From Iphione sp. A-MEVVRFRX5 (lineage: Eukaryota), in NCBI GenBank assembly GCA_976226885.1, contig OZ320316.1, positions 40,300,001 through 40,364,000 on the forward strand: a DNA stretch of 64,000 nucleotides, in the 5' to 3' direction. Positions 27,101-41,300 of this stretch are shown in pieces. Numbering within the stretch: position 1 is the first letter of the stretch; each line of letters begins with the position of its first letter. The notes beneath the pieces were generated by a model. That model had not been told where the DNA came from. It saw nothing but the letters and a program-made list of their open reading frames with translations, and did not search any database. A program made the position numbers and the translations under genes.

Positions 27101-30100
27101 CCTTTTGTATGGGAGAGACAACCACATACCCGCCGGTTTGGTTTCAGTGAGGCAAGAGGCATTACCTAAATAAAAACCAAGTAGAATAGGGAAGTCAGCG
27201 CCGTCAAAGGATCTTAGATACGGTTACGTGCGGGGATATAGTGGTTGTCAGGTGAAGTTAATGGACCGTCCATCACTTGCACTCTGTAATGAGATCGAAG
27301 GCATTGGAAACGGAAAGTTGGGTTTCGATGTACTACAAGTCTTCACGTTCATCGCTGAGGATTACAAAAACCATCTGTAAGATGATCCGATGGAAGGAAT
27401 TACTGACATGTTCTGAAAAGGTTCTTTCAGTTGATAATGATCGAGATAGTGTTATCGTCAGTATTACAGCCTAACATTCCCCTTATCAACAATGCCCGAT
27501 GTATATACATGTATCGTACAATAGGTGTCTAATGGCAGTCAAACACAATAACCGCCCACCGTGCCCTACTGAACGAAATAAGGCTACTTTTCCTACAAAC
27601 GCTTTCGTTGAAATTACAAGAGTTGGCCTATCATAGCTAGAGCACCGAGTTCTACAAAGTGGCCGTTGTATGAAGTCGGTCAGCCGTCACGCGCAGTCAC
27701 CTTTGATCAGCACATATCGACACTTTTACCTCAGCCTGAAAAAAAAAGACTATAACGCCGGCCTTGATGGTCGAGGGCACGATCCCAATCAACTGTGATA
27801 ATTTGTACTTCATGGTAGCCCTTTTGCATCACTACAAAAGGCGGATGAGTGTATGTATTCAGAACCGTCTCAGCAGAGGGAGGATAATTACCGCCCTCCC
27901 ACCATGGGTAGTAAACATTACAGGATATTCATTCATTCTTGTTCACCTTGGTGTCCGATGACCAGAGTAGACGTATATCATTGATAAATATCCCCAAACC
28001 AGGACGCTCGTTGCTAAGATCAGTCGCTGTTAAGTAGTGAAAGGATTGTCGATGATGTAGTATCCCCCTAGATTCTCCCCTCCATCTCCTCCTCCTCTTT
28101 CAGTCGCCGTCCAGTAGAGGGCGTTATAATCTGACTGATTAGCGCCGCCTACAGCTAATAATCGCCTGTCGTCGCTCAGACTTTGTAAGGGAAGATTGTA
28201 GCTCCTCGTTGGGCTGTCGAGTGCGGGTGCACAGCCAGTAAAAGATGATGCGTTTCCATTAGATATGTCCGGCCTCTCAGCCCTACCAAGTGATCAGCAT
28301 AAATAGGCCTCAACTGCCTCCCTTCATGTGACAAGAAAATTCACTCCCTCTTGCCGTGATTGCGAAGAGAAGGCTAGGAGGTTGTCCAGACTTGAGTGCC
28401 CCTGCTGTTGCAGAGCATAGTTCAGAAAGGTGACTGTGTCGTAAAACGTTGGCTTCACCAATACTTCACCATACATCAGGGGTAAATAGAACACGTTCTG
28501 AAAATCCAACAGGACGATCAACGACGATATCATCTCGAGGGATGAAAGTCCCTTTTGTACCAGTATAGAACGCCCATGACTATGATAAAGTAAAATAATT
28601 TTGTGTTGATCCAAGATGATCCTACATAGTTTCTTATCGACAGGTAATCTGCATGGTCTCTGATGGGCCTGCAGTGGCAAATAATCTCGAGTGTTTTGTA
28701 TTAATCCAGTAATATAGGAAAGCTGTTCACATAAAGTTACGTGCACTTTTGTATTTTATATATGAAAGCTTCAGGAAAGTATGGTCAAACATATTCTCCG
28801 TCTGGAAGCGTAACGAGCCAGTTTCTCACTGGTATGTTTTGCATTATTCGTTCTCATACAGACAAATGTGACGCATAATTTGCCTACATTATGCAGAACG
28901 TGGCAGCATTAGGTATATTGCTAGCATTTTTGTCATTGAATACTAGTATGTAAAAAATAATGTTTTTTTATAGTCTTAATTATGTTTCTATGTATGCACA
29001 TTTAGTCATTTATTCTCACACGAATTCATTGGCTACTTTCATTCAATATGAAACTGACTGCCACAAGGCGAAATGTATGTCGAAATTGAAGTAGACAAGA
29101 ATGATGGAGTGAGAGCGATTGTGCTCTTGGGCTTAACACAAACACATTAGAGGCCATAGTCATGCCACACCATGCATATTTGATCGTCTATATTGCGTTG
29201 TCCGAGTGGATTAGTTTCTAACAAAACGAGACGCTACATTAGACAAGCAGACGACAATGAAACGCCGGTGATAGCAGTAAACATTTGTAAACATACCCGA
29301 GTATGTCTACGATGTATTCACTTGTGTATCATGGTATGAATAACTAGCGCTTGGAGAACCAGAATCCTATCAGTTTGAAATTTCATGACTACTTTTGCGA
29401 CACGAGAAACCATTTCATGTTGCCAATTATCGTTGAGTATGATCGATTCTCTTTCGAAGGTTGCCTTTTATGCGCCATTTTGAGGTGCACGAAATGTGGT
29501 GGACTGCAATCCACTCTGAAATATCCCCTGAACAGAAATAAAAGAGAACTGAAGTCTTGACAACTGTGATATCTAAATGAACCGTGAAGTAAGCAGCTGT
29601 AATAGTGCAGGGAAAACGTGTGCCTGTATAAAAATCATCACTTCAATTAAGGACGAGGGGATGCCTGTTTGGGATAAAATTCGTTTGTTATAAAACCCAG
29701 TCGCTTTATTGCTTGCATGGCGTTTTATGATCGGATGTGTGTATTTAATGAAAGCAATGCTTGTCTGGGACTGAATAGCTATATGCTGACCCATATCATC
29801 ACTAAAAAAACAGCTGTTTGACCAATTGATACCTTGTCCATGACATCAAACACGGGAATTCTATGTGAACAGGTAGACAGACGGCCAGCGCTGGTAGCAG
29901 TTGGTCATTGTCAACACACTAAAGTAGAAGTGCATGATCCCCCACACGTAAAAGACGCATTCACGGCATTAAGTGAACCCAGGCGCAGCCCATGACTATA
30001 CAAAGATACCCTCCTCCAAAGACAGGTTTCCCTCTGCAGTCTGTCCACGGCGGGGGTTCTTAGTTAGGGTCTTCATGGTATGGTAGGAAATGTTTCCCTT

Positions 30101-32716
30101 GAAGACCTGCTCCACACCAAGTGATCAGCGACTGAGGTGGTATCAGGTGTGTTCGACGCCACGCCTTGTCATTAATGGATGGTTGATAGGTGAGGTCAGT
30201 AGGAATTGAGAGAAACAACGGACGCTGTATCACTGGACAGTGAATGCAGGTCTTTCAAAATTAAAAAAGTACGTGTAGTTCATATTTCCAACCAGGACGT
30301 ACTGTAGTCGGCAGGTGGTAAGCTGGACATGAGGATGCATGCTGCGACATTTCCACACTCTCAATCCACATCTCAAACCTCAGCATACAACAAGGACATT
30401 TCTAGGATATCATTGGCAGCTTCTCTAATGCAATTCTTAAAGAGTGTATTATCAATAAGCAGGCACGGCTAAAGACTTGAACTATTACTTGGCAGATTAA
30501 ATTCACACGGTGTGAGCACGTGGCGGCCGTCACCAGCCAAGTCTGATCCGTTTTATTTTCCTGCTAAAATCAGATCCAGGCTCGCCCTAAGCCTTCCGTG
30601 ATAAATGCACGCACACTCGGAGGAGGCAGCCACCATCCTTGTGACGATATCTTGGTGTTAGGCGGTGAGTCCCGAGGGTGTGGCCATCAATTGATTGGTC
30701 GTCAAGCAAGGCCTTGTCCTGCTGCCAGTGACATCGATTGGACTTGTCGCCTTATGTGGGGGCTCCACTTCCCACCATGGAGGACATTGATGGTTTACCC
30801 TTCCGGCAGAAGTGGGCCACATCATGTTAAAGTGCTGGACTCGTCGCCAGCAGCTCACACTTAAGGTCGCCAGTGGAATCGGAGAAGTGATATTCAGTAC
30901 CTAATACAGGCGGTAGGTTCATTGTAGTCGAGATGGTCATTATTCTCTTAGCTGACTTGAATGTGTCGTACGGATGTTTGGGCAAAATACCCACCAGCCA
31001 TTGAGTACTGCACCTACTTACAATTAAATGACTAATATTCATTCTATTTTTACAGACAGCCCGAAAGGATGATTCACTCTTCATTCTTGGGTAGCTTCTC
31101 TAATGACTGCTTCTGCATTTAGAAGTTACTTTCGATGACAGGAGTTTGGCAAATAGCTGAATGCCCTTTGACCTATATAGTGAATTATATTACCTATTTT
31201 GGCTGGCATCAGTCATATACATGCTCATACTTGTTAGGGACCATCATATTAAAGATTAGAGATAAATGACAATATGTAAAAGTCCGATGAGAAGGTTTAA
31301 TATTTTCGGGAACCAGCTCAGATATATCGGAGTTCAGCGGCAAATATTCTGACGTCGTTGCCGCTTTGACGTCGTTTGGTTAGAATGTTTACTGAGCTAA
31401 AGCTTAAGTAGAGTGAATCGCACTTAAAACATCTCTCACATATAATACGTAATGCCTCGAGTATTTTTGCGAAAAGGGTTATTCGTGTTAGTCTCCTCAA
31501 ACTGTATACTCATTTACATTGAGTCGGAGGGAAAAATGGAAGTGAATCTTGTACACTGAACGAAGCCGCTAATTGCCGAGCTTGTAACTTTTTTAAAATT
31601 CTAAATATATTTTAGTGTGGAAGGGTTTGTCGGCATTGTGAACTCACTGAGAGGCTTTGCATACGACGGGTGGTAAGGGAGGAGCGGATATATTCTTATG
31701 AATAATTCTTCACTCGCCAGCAACTAATCACCACAAGGCATACAAAGACCTCTCAGCACTGAGGAATGTACCGTCTGCCCACGTTATACCGCACAAGTTT
31801 TCAACCCGCTACCATCTTCAATTTAACATACGGCAATAAACTTTACGCGGAATGGGGCCCGAGATCGTCTCCATCCATTGCATATTCACCCTTGTCCACT
31901 TTAAAAAAATTATCAGACACAAACTGAACATCGACTCGCTCAATGTGTGTGTGTCGTATGATTGGGCTTTGAGTTTTCCTAAGCCAGAGGTCAACTTGAA
32001 CTTATAACCCTTGGTACAAACAAAATAGTCTTGCTTTGATTTTTGGGCACTATTGAGGAAGTAGCCTTTGCCAGATATATTTTATAAATAAAACCAAGGT
32101 AGGCGTTACAAGTTGTTTGAATCACGCTGCCAGTATTTTTTTTATTTTTTTTGTTATTGCAATAGTTCCCGGTCACACCAGCTGTAGTTCACAGGTGTTG
32201 AGACTTGGCATCATTGCCGAACCTGGGAGGGCCTACACATACTGCCAGACCTCACATCCAAGCAGCACTTCGGGCAGTTCACATAATTACTTTTTCACGC
32301 GGAAACCTTGTTTGTGACGCCAATCCTGTATTCTGTGGCCTGCTTAAGAGGCTCAGAAAACCTTCCAGGTGTGTATGCTGTCGAAAAACGGGTCCTCCAT
32401 CTTGCAATTTTTTTTTCTTTATGAATTGGTCAGCTAAGCGGGACAATAAAAATTGGTAACATTACCCATATGGTGTGGATTGATCCATCTTTTGCAAATA
32501 CCAGAGAACTCTCAGTTTTTCAATTTACGGTATCCGTGGTAACTGGGTGCATTATGTTTATGGTCCCGATATTGGGTGACCATAAATCACTTCCCTAATG
32601 GAGGCTGCAGTACTTTACTAATGCAAAACGTGCGATATTTACGTTCCTAGTGACCTCTTGACCTCCAGATCGACTCCGCTGACCAGTTGATTCGAACTCC
32701 AGGCGGCTGCTGACCA

Positions 32717-32741
32717 CCGCCATGTTGGTTACCATGGAGAC
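32717..32741 (-). promoter_or_regulatory. Adjacent YY1 and RFX (X-box) motifs
   Basis: CCGCCATGTT (32717-32726) matches YY1 CCGCCATNTT; GTTACCATGGAGAC (32728-32741) matches the RFX X-box. They are one base apart in a locally GC-rich patch. Confidence 0.4.
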
Positions 32742-35700
32742 TGCCCGCGGTGTTGCTCCGCAGTTGATGGATCGTAGTAAATTGTGATTCAAATGAGCGT
32801 TTTGCTTGGTCTTCACCCGTTGGGCATCGCCCGAGCAGGCATGGTCCCAGTCTGAAGATTTCCTCCTGGTGATAAAGAAGACTTTTACGACTTGCTCGCC
32901 GACAGAGGTACAGTTATCATTATCATGGCCCCAACAGGCCATGCTCTGGAGGCAGTCTGTCCACGTACGAGCGCTCGTGAAGCTTGATCACACCCTTTTA
33001 CAGGATATGTAGGAGAAGGTCACGGTCAAACGTTGCGAGTCAGAGGCTGTCTTCCACATCGAAAGGTGGTTGACCCCCCGTTCAACAGCTGCAGGACAGG
33101 CTCAGTCTGCTCGTACTCTGAGCAGGAATTCATCGCGGTCTGCGCCTCGTTGTGCGCCCTGCTCAGAAACTGATCATCAGGCAGCGCTTGACAAATAATG
33201 CACGGTTTGTAACCTGGAATAAATAATTCAAGGCAGACTGATCAATTATCAACGTCAGTCGGACTCCCGGATCTGGGTTGCCTCTAAATTGGCCTCTTGG
33301 CATTAGAACGTGCATTTCCTATTGGCTGAGTCCAACCTCACACTCTCTACAGCAAGTGAGCCGCAAATCATAGGACTCTGGTGGACGGCAGCTGAGACGA
33401 TCCTGGCGGATCACTTACGATGAGAATAGACTGACTGACTTCAGCTACGGATGACTTAATCAGGTGACGAAAACTTACTCCTCTCTCGATAATCAACTAA
33501 TTTATTATCTCATCCAGCTGATTGGACCGTGGCTTCTTTATTAAGAGGTTACATTTACTTATTAGGTGTTCTTTTATACAGTAATCAGATTAGCCTCGTC
33601 AAGCCTTCTCCAGGAGGCGAGTCTGATAAAATTGCTCCTCGTGCTCCCTTGCCGTGTTCACTGAAGGCCATTTTACTAGTGTGCAGTTCATGCTTACATT
33701 ACGTTACAGAATAGTTAACTAATGTTCAGTTGTAATTACATTTCAAGTGAATTAACCTTTCCAGCGTTGTCAATCCACACGTTGGAGCCCATTAGTACCG
33801 ATACACTTAGGCATGACGTAAATCAGCGCAGCTCTGGAGAAAGAGGCCGTAAAACTGTCATCTACTGGGAGGTATATTTACTCTGCGATACGCCACCTTC
33901 ACAAAGACAAGGTTGTGATAGTGACAGATGTGTGTACATGTATATGGCACTGTAGATACGAGGAACCAGTCATAATACCTACCCCTGAGTTGGTACCAGG
34001 TGTGCTGCTAAGCAATTACAGGTATATTATGATGGGACAGGTGTGTGTGTGTGGAGGGGGCGGTAACTTATAGATAATTTGTTGCCAACATGACTGCATT
34101 GACATGTCTGTGATAAGGGTTATTTTTATACTCCCGTTTTGATCCCTGCCTTTATTCTGCAATACCCGATCATAGCAGATTTCCTCCGCTAACGATGCAG
34201 CACCCTCGTTTAGACCCTCCATGTTGAGTAGGGTGGTAACCTCAGACTGCCATACCTTCCCTTTGCTAAGGAGCGCATTTGTCTGAGATAGAAACTGCTT
34301 TTCCCTCTTAAATGAAGGAAGTATGAGGGCCTTCACGCAGTGAAGACCGGCATTCAGATGCATTCGATTGATAGAAACTACATGTATCTATAGCACTCCA
34401 TTCCAGTTTGTAAAAGTCTGTTAAGTCTATATACAGGAGCAATTTTACAAAATCTGCCGAAAGCAATAACAGGCAGTCACATATTTTTGTGGCTGATCCT
34501 TTCAAGTCGCCCGACTTGCTCTCAATCTGCAAGACATACAAATGTTTTATATATGTATATGCCCCCAACTTTATTAGAAATCGTTCTCCTGCGAAAATTG
34601 ACACCTATTGACAGGTATCTTGTTGCTGTGACGTCGCCATTCTCACTTCCTTTCCATATTAAATTAACAACGGTGAATTTGTGGCGGAACTTAAGTGTTC
34701 TCTATGTGGTAATCAATGTGAGCGGCCTCCATTTTCTCCCTGATCCTTGCGCATCTTGTTATTGATTACAGAAGCAAAATGGTCACCATTGGTATTCCTT
34801 TGATGTATTTGCCCTCGCCAGCTCGCTCGGCATGCTGGATCTTCCCATATGATCCCTGCCACAGTGTGTTCCTATATGCCATTTGATCTTGCGTATGAGC
34901 TATAAAGATAAATGCAAACAGCGAGTCGTGCCCGTCGCCGCCTTGGTGAGAATGGCCGCTTCCAGAGTTGGGTGAGCGTTGTCAAGAAGCTGGGCCTGAC
35001 AAAGCACCAATGTGTGCTCTAAACATGGGCTTTGGTTGCCGTACAATGTTAGAAGGTGCAGAGATGAAAGACTCGGAAGTACCTTTTTGTTAAAGTCCGA
35101 ACGAGTTGTAAAAGTTTGGTGCGAAACGACACATAAGTTTTGCAAGCCAGTGAAAAAGGTCTATTATTGCAAGGAACCTTGGCGTAAAAGCATTGTGCTG
35201 TTTGAATAAAAATGATATAATCTTTTCCTGCATGTCCTTGGTGTATTCCGAAATATACTAGGTCATTCGTGCTGCTATATACGTACAATCGAACACTTTG
35301 GGATTCTGAAGAAACGGTTTCACCCCTTACACATGCATCAGCTGCCTCACATGGATGGAAAATTATGGGCTTCAAAGCCATGGTGGCCGTCAGCTGTCAC
35401 AATCCTGAGCTAAGGATATTTGTTTTAAGCTGTGAGTTGGGATAGGTGCGTGGCAAACACCCAGCTGGTGTTGTCTGTGTATAATGAACCCCATGTCTCC
35501 TCCTGGTAGTCTCCAACACAGGCACGCCTTCTCTGACGCCTTGACCCCGGGCACCAATAATTGCACTACCCCTCAGGTGTTCTCACTCTGCAGGCCCTAA
35601 CCCTATAACCACCTACCATATGGGAAGCAACGGAAGCATGGAGGCAGTCGGGTCCCCAGAGAGCTCAGTTATAATATCGTTTCAAGGAAGAAATAGTGTC

Positions 35701-38700
35701 ATGACAGTTTTCTTGCTATTGACCTTCACTTATGTCATTATGAAGACGATACAACATGTATTTCCAGTGCTCTGATATTTGATATTTTCATGTAAGGTTT
35801 GGACAAAGCTGGCGCGTTGCCACTAAAGGCACTCAGGTCCCTCGTTGTTAAACGCTCAAAGCGTTACTGAAGCACCGGGAGCGCGCCTTTGGCCTTTATA
35901 TTGGTGCGAGAGCAGCGTACCTTTAACACAGATCACGCTGGGACCGGTTCCAAACTGCCAGGGCACTCCGGAAGAGAGTATATTGATAGGTGCTGACACC
36001 ACCAAGCGCTCTGACTGTAGGTCAGTTTTCTAAGGTAGAAGGGTTTCTGTGCCAGACTCCTGTCTCAAATGCTACTTTTTTTAAGTATTGGCGATCGCTT
36101 GGGAGAGTCTGTGTACAATTCCTTAAATAAAGCCCGGTTTACTCTAACAATCAGTCCATATCAGGGTTGTTAATCTTTATTTTTCCTGGATGACATCTTT
36201 AAACGTATTTACATCCAGGTTGTATGAACACAATACGATGACAAATGAGATCGAAAAAAGTGACATATCTAACCACTCCAGCCTAATCACACCCACTTTG
36301 TTATTACCCTCAGTATTCTATTAATTCACCCACTACATACAATATATCTCATATTTACAAAAGAGATCGTATAGATACGTAAATATTCCTATCTTATCAT
36401 AACTACTTCGCTTCCTAAGTTATATGCAGCAATATAGCATACACATGTACAGATGCTCTATCTGTCTGGTAACTTTGCACATAAATACGTGTGAAAATGG
36501 CTGGAGGAAGTCGCATGTTCCAGACTGGTTCATAGCTTTTATGATTTGAAATTACTGCACATGGCTGTACTTTAGGTGTGAGTAATTAAAAACGAATCTC
36601 GCAGCTGGTGAGAATTATTGGGATTGTACCCTTGGTTCTGCAGTTCAGCTGGTGGTTAACAAGAGTAACAACTCCCGACGGGAAACTCCAGGAAGAGACC
36701 TCTGCGTCATTTGACTTGCGTGCCGGACAAGAACTTTGGCACACGCTGGTGTTAGGGTGGTAATGGGTGACTTACCAACTAAACGTCTCGTGACCCTGTG
36801 GGATCGACACACATGCAGACAGACAGTAGGACAGACAGACAGTGAATTTAACCTTTATAAGTACAGTATGTACGTCTCTATGTACAAATACGTGTAATCT
36901 GGAAATCGACCGCCACGTGGGCTCTACCGTGTTATGACTAGGACTGACAAGCAGCTCACGAATTGCTTCCCGAGACCACCAATCGGTCTGTCCCATTTCC
37001 TCGAGACTCAAGTGTTAAGGCAGCTGCTGTCCGCTCGACTGCAAGAAAGATGTCTGGCGCCTAGTGGGCGTCTACTCTATGATCACAGCTAGGCGATTCG
37101 AGGACCGAACTGACACACTCGGGACAGTGTTATTTATGAACGGTGCTTTTGTTTCGTCTGGTCAGGGCGAACAGCCGTGGAACGTCACATTACTTAAGCT
37201 TGCCTCCCGATGCAATACCCCAGCTTTCAGTTTCAAATGCGATCTCACGGAATGTGAAGTAGCAGCGCGAAGATACTCCTCCTCAGACTTGATCCCTGTA
37301 TTATGAACTACCCGTATATGTTTGTAGGAGAAAGTGTCCCCATTCGTCCCGATTTATTGGCAATATACACAAAATGTGTTAACGGAGCACAGTATTTACT
37401 AATCATAGAGTAGATGCAAGGGTTTCCACCTACATGTGATACATCCCTTCGCTTACCCCCCCCCCCGCACCCCAAGTATCGATCAGTAATTGTTTTAGGG
37501 CAGCAGTGTATTATAACACTCATCACACTCAGGAAAGTGGTATCTATGTCGCAGTCATAGATCAATGGCTTTCCGACTGTAATTAAGCAGAATAATCTCT
37601 GTGCCAGGGATAAACAAAAAAAGACAGAGCGCCTGCGGTTGTGGATGCCTTTCTCGATAACAATCGTTTCTGAGCCGACTTTCTTCTCTCAGCGATGGCA
37701 AATCACACGTGACTCGGTGGTGTATTTGTCCGGTGTTTGCTGGCAGTGAGTGGAGGTAATCACTTGTAATAGATGCCTGTTACGACCCATATTATGTCAA
37801 CTATCCTCACGGTGTGCATGGCCCTACACTTACGGCGCATCCCGCAGGCATGGATCCGTCATCATCAAGGTTCACAAGTCAAATCCACATGAAGCAGCGG
37901 CGCCTGCGGGGCCTGTGTGGTGCTACACCTGCGACCGAATATGGTTCAGGGGGTAACAAAAGGGGAAGTCTAAAGCCAACAGTTATGATCTAAACTTGAT
38001 AATATTATCATGCAGTTACAATTACCCACTTCTAATCGTACCCTCAAAAGATTTCTTATGCTGGGCATCATTGAAAAGCCGCATTCAGTAAATTCGTCGG
38101 TCTTGTGTATGTTACAGCGATAACCTTGGTAAATGGGAGAGAGTTGATAGCATCATACCCCAACTTGAAAGTAACCACGAATGACGACTCCTTATGTCTG
38201 AGGTACACCGGACCCACCAAACCTTCCATCGCGAGTGTACAGTGTACGCGAATTGTGTGAGTTAATTACCTTTTGATCATTATGGTGAGACTTAAAACCT
38301 GCTTGGGTGGACTAGTGCATCGTGAGAAAGACATGCTACGTTTACAAGAGTTTATGTTCCCATTAACTCCTTTACAAACTGGTCGTTTTGATCAACCCAG
38401 AAAAGAAAAATAAGAGAAAAGCGAGTCCTACGACCTTTCACAGCCAGCTGCCTTAAAGAAAAATATTTGGAACTGAAGTGAGAACGGGAGGGTGGCGTAA
38501 TGTTTACAAGCTAAGGCGGTGCACCTCTTATGAGTCATAACAGACGCCTGTATTTTTCTGCATCGGTTATCACCTGGCGCCTGTGCAAAGTCCAATACTA
38601 TAAAAGCTGTGAAACACAGCTTTGGGTGTACGCGCACCATGTGTATTACAAGAGTTTGGGAGTCGTGCTTTGACAGCATCCCATGAACCCTATAAAGCCC

Positions 38701-40099
38701 CCGTGGTCTGCCTTGATCACCCGTAAATGATGTGCACGAAGCAGTTGCAGAATGATAGCGATTGCGTTGCTTTGGAAATAAATAATGCACGCCTCGAGAT
38801 AAACCCTGACAGACACTCAGAGAGATATGAATATCTCATATTTACCGTCCTGCTCACCCCCCCCCCCTTTTACTCTACCGATTTTGTTGGCAAGGAACGT
38901 GCCCACCATCCGGTTTGGGGACAGGCGTAGGAGCAGGAGGAATAAGCGATGTTTTCAGTCTCATGCTTGGGTGAGTATTTGGTGGTTGGTGTTGTGAGTG
39001 GGAGTTGTGCCTGGCCACACTCGCAGCTATTCTTCTTTCATAAAGTCTAGATTGGGGAATCTCCGCCTACATCTGGTCAGGAAGTACGTACACCCTCTTC
39101 CTGTGCAGGTCATCGTCTACTAACATGTCCGTCGATCTGTCTGCTCGTCGCTCCTTTAGCCTCTTTGTGTTTATTTCGTCTTTCTTCCTTTCGAAGTCTG
39201 CCAGTGTAGACCATGGGATTTGTGCGAACCAGATACAATGAGATATTTCTCTTATATTTCCTTATACACGTACACATACATGTATATTCTCTCACTTGAA
39301 TGATAAAAAACGACTCCTTTCCTTCAAAGGAGAACTCCGTAGATTGGGGCGGTATTTGTATCAGACGAATAGAGGAAACCTAGAAGTAACTGCGGGATTA
39401 TGAAGTTGTACAGGTATAAGTATGTAAGTTATACAGAATGGAAAATGTAATCCCACGGGGAAGAAAGCATGGGCGATTGCTCAGTGCAGGTTAAGTAGAA
39501 TGATGCATAGGGCATGAAGAAGTCCACGCATAGAAGAGACATTTGGCACGCCAGTTATGTTGAATATTTTTTATTACAATTTACTTGTAGTGGGCCATCT
39601 TTACCATGACACCTCACTCTAGTTTACATGCCCTAATGCCGCACCGACAAAAAATGGAGACTGTTAAAGAGGCGTGCAGCAGCCTCACAAAAGTGGTGGG
39701 ACGAAATGGTTTTTCCCCATTTTATATTCTAACCTAGTTCCGTCGCATGTGCCGGGGTAAGTAAAAACGACCAGTGTCATGCGCCTTTCACCACAGAGGT
39801 ACCGGAGACCTGAGGACGGACGGTTTAAAATCAATTTTAATCCTGTCAGTCCCTCATATACATGCAGTACATGATTGGCCAGGGCATGTCACTTTGAAGC
39901 GACATTTTTCCCCTCTTACTTGGGCAGACATCGTTATAGGCAAGTGCCATGTTTTTTTTCGAGGTCTCACGGCTGTACGGAGACAGTAGGGTGGACATCA
40001 TTATGTAAAGGTGTTTTTGTGGTTTCATGGCTGCGGGACAGTGCACCAGACGCATGGAATTGTAAATTAGACAGAGGCACCTTGTCATGCCAACAGCCC

Positions 40100-41300
40100 C
40101 TCCCAGCATCTGAACTGTGCTGGAGGCGGTGGTGGTGGCCCTGGCATGGACATAATGAGGTTGCCTGGGACGGTCCACGCGGCGCGGCGGCGGCGGCGGC
40201 GGCGGCGGCGGCTGGTTGGCTGAGTGTGATGTCACCTGTTGGATCTATGCTGGATGCGATCGCTGCCGTACGCCCGACCGGTCTGTCTGCTTGCCTGCCC
40301 ACCGCGCTTCCGTGCTGCCTACCGCCCCGGCCAACTCCATTGCCCGCAATTGTACGCTACTCCTGTCAGGCGCCACCGTCGCCCGCCACATAACGCAACC
40401 GCCGGTCAGCAGCCCTCAGTCGTCGGCGGCAGTCGCACCGGAAGTATGCTGCTACCTCCGTTCCCAGGTCATCATCGAGCGAGATTACTACTTCCGCCAG
40501 TGTCCATCCGGTCAGCATCATGCAGCCGCCACATTATTGCTGCTAGTAGTGGACGATCCGAGCAGACACGCGCGCTTTATGCTGGCTGGCGAGGAGGCAC
40601 CGGTCTTGCATGTTGACTGCTGCTTGGCTGACTGGCTGGTTAACTGGTGCCACCTGCCACTGCCACATCCAGAGCGGCGAATGTCCGGCCGCGGGCGGTC
40701 CGACGGTCGTTGTGTGGTCAGTGCTACCCGTCACCTACCTGAACCACCCTCCGATACACCTCACTGGCGCTGTAGCCCTGAGTGGGAAAACCATCATCAC
40801 GCTCGGCACATCGTGACATCCACCCACTGCCTCAGCACGTGTCAGAGGGCTTGTCCGACGGGAGGTCGTGAGGCATGGAGGTGTCAGCTCGTTGACAGAG
40901 TAGACAGTGTGTTTGGGTTGTGGGCCAAGCTGCCAGCGCTCGTGGGCAGCCTGGCCAGCCGGTCATACGAAACGAACTGCAATCTGCATGCAAGTCGCAT
41001 CTTCCCTAGGTGCGGTCTACGGGGTCAGTTTGGTGGCGGGCTGGGACAGACGACTGTTCTGGAGGCGTGAGGTGTAGAGCAGTGCTGGGCCTCCTGAAGA
41101 CCCCCGCCCACCCTCCTCCTACTGACGACTCCACACGCCGGATCCCTCCCGCCCTACCGATAAAGGACCAGGCTTGTGTGACAGGTGGGGCCGCTCACAT
41201 TCGTACAGAGACCTCCGTCAGCGCAGGACGCCCTATTCACCACAGTCAAAAGACACCGTCAGCGCATCAATCGTGGACGAGTTGTAGACACAACATGTCC
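40100..41300 (+). promoter_or_regulatory. GC/CpG-rich island; candidate promoter and first non-coding exon of DAAM
   Basis: GC and CpG are sharply elevated over the background. It contains (GGC)9, ETS/GABP motifs ACCGGAAGT (40437-40445) and ACTTCCGC (40490-40497), and lies about 10 kb upstream of an exon that needs an upstream exon. The link to DAAM is inference. Confidence 0.45.
40186..40212. repeat. (GGC)9 trinucleotide microsatellite
   Basis: Nine perfect GGC units; they give poly-Ala, poly-Pro or poly-Gly/Arg runs in the overlapping ORFs. Confidence 0.95.

Noticed and set aside
28324-28746. 140-aa minus ORF with a hydrophobic stretch suggestive of a GPCR helix
   Set aside because: No diagnostic GPCR motifs and no splice architecture.
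32685-32705. GAGTTCGAATC on the minus strand resembling a Pol III B-box (tRNA or SINE)
   Set aside because: No matching A-box at the right spacing and no cloverleaf can be folded.
32847-32986. Open stretch PPGDKEDFYDLLADRGTVIIIM resembling a LINE endonuclease segment
   Set aside because: The following GDFN motif is missing, it is bounded by stops after about 43 codons, and there are no neighbouring LINE motifs.
40031-40044. 14-bp inverted match to 55812-55825 (CTGCGGGACAGTGC)
   Set aside because: About 15 such 14-mer matches are expected by chance within this window, and it does not extend.
39967-40302. Minus ORF with poly-Ala and HHH resembling a transcription factor
   Set aside because: The poly-Ala comes from the GGC repeat. 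It starts at GTG with an in-frame stop at 40357-40359, has no DNA-binding domain and no convincing splice sites.
40216-41070. 284-aa + strand ORF as a stand-alone gene
   Set aside because: No recognisable domain. The Cys/His/Trp/Arg-rich composition and several overlapping ORFs on both strands are what GC-rich non-coding DNA produces.
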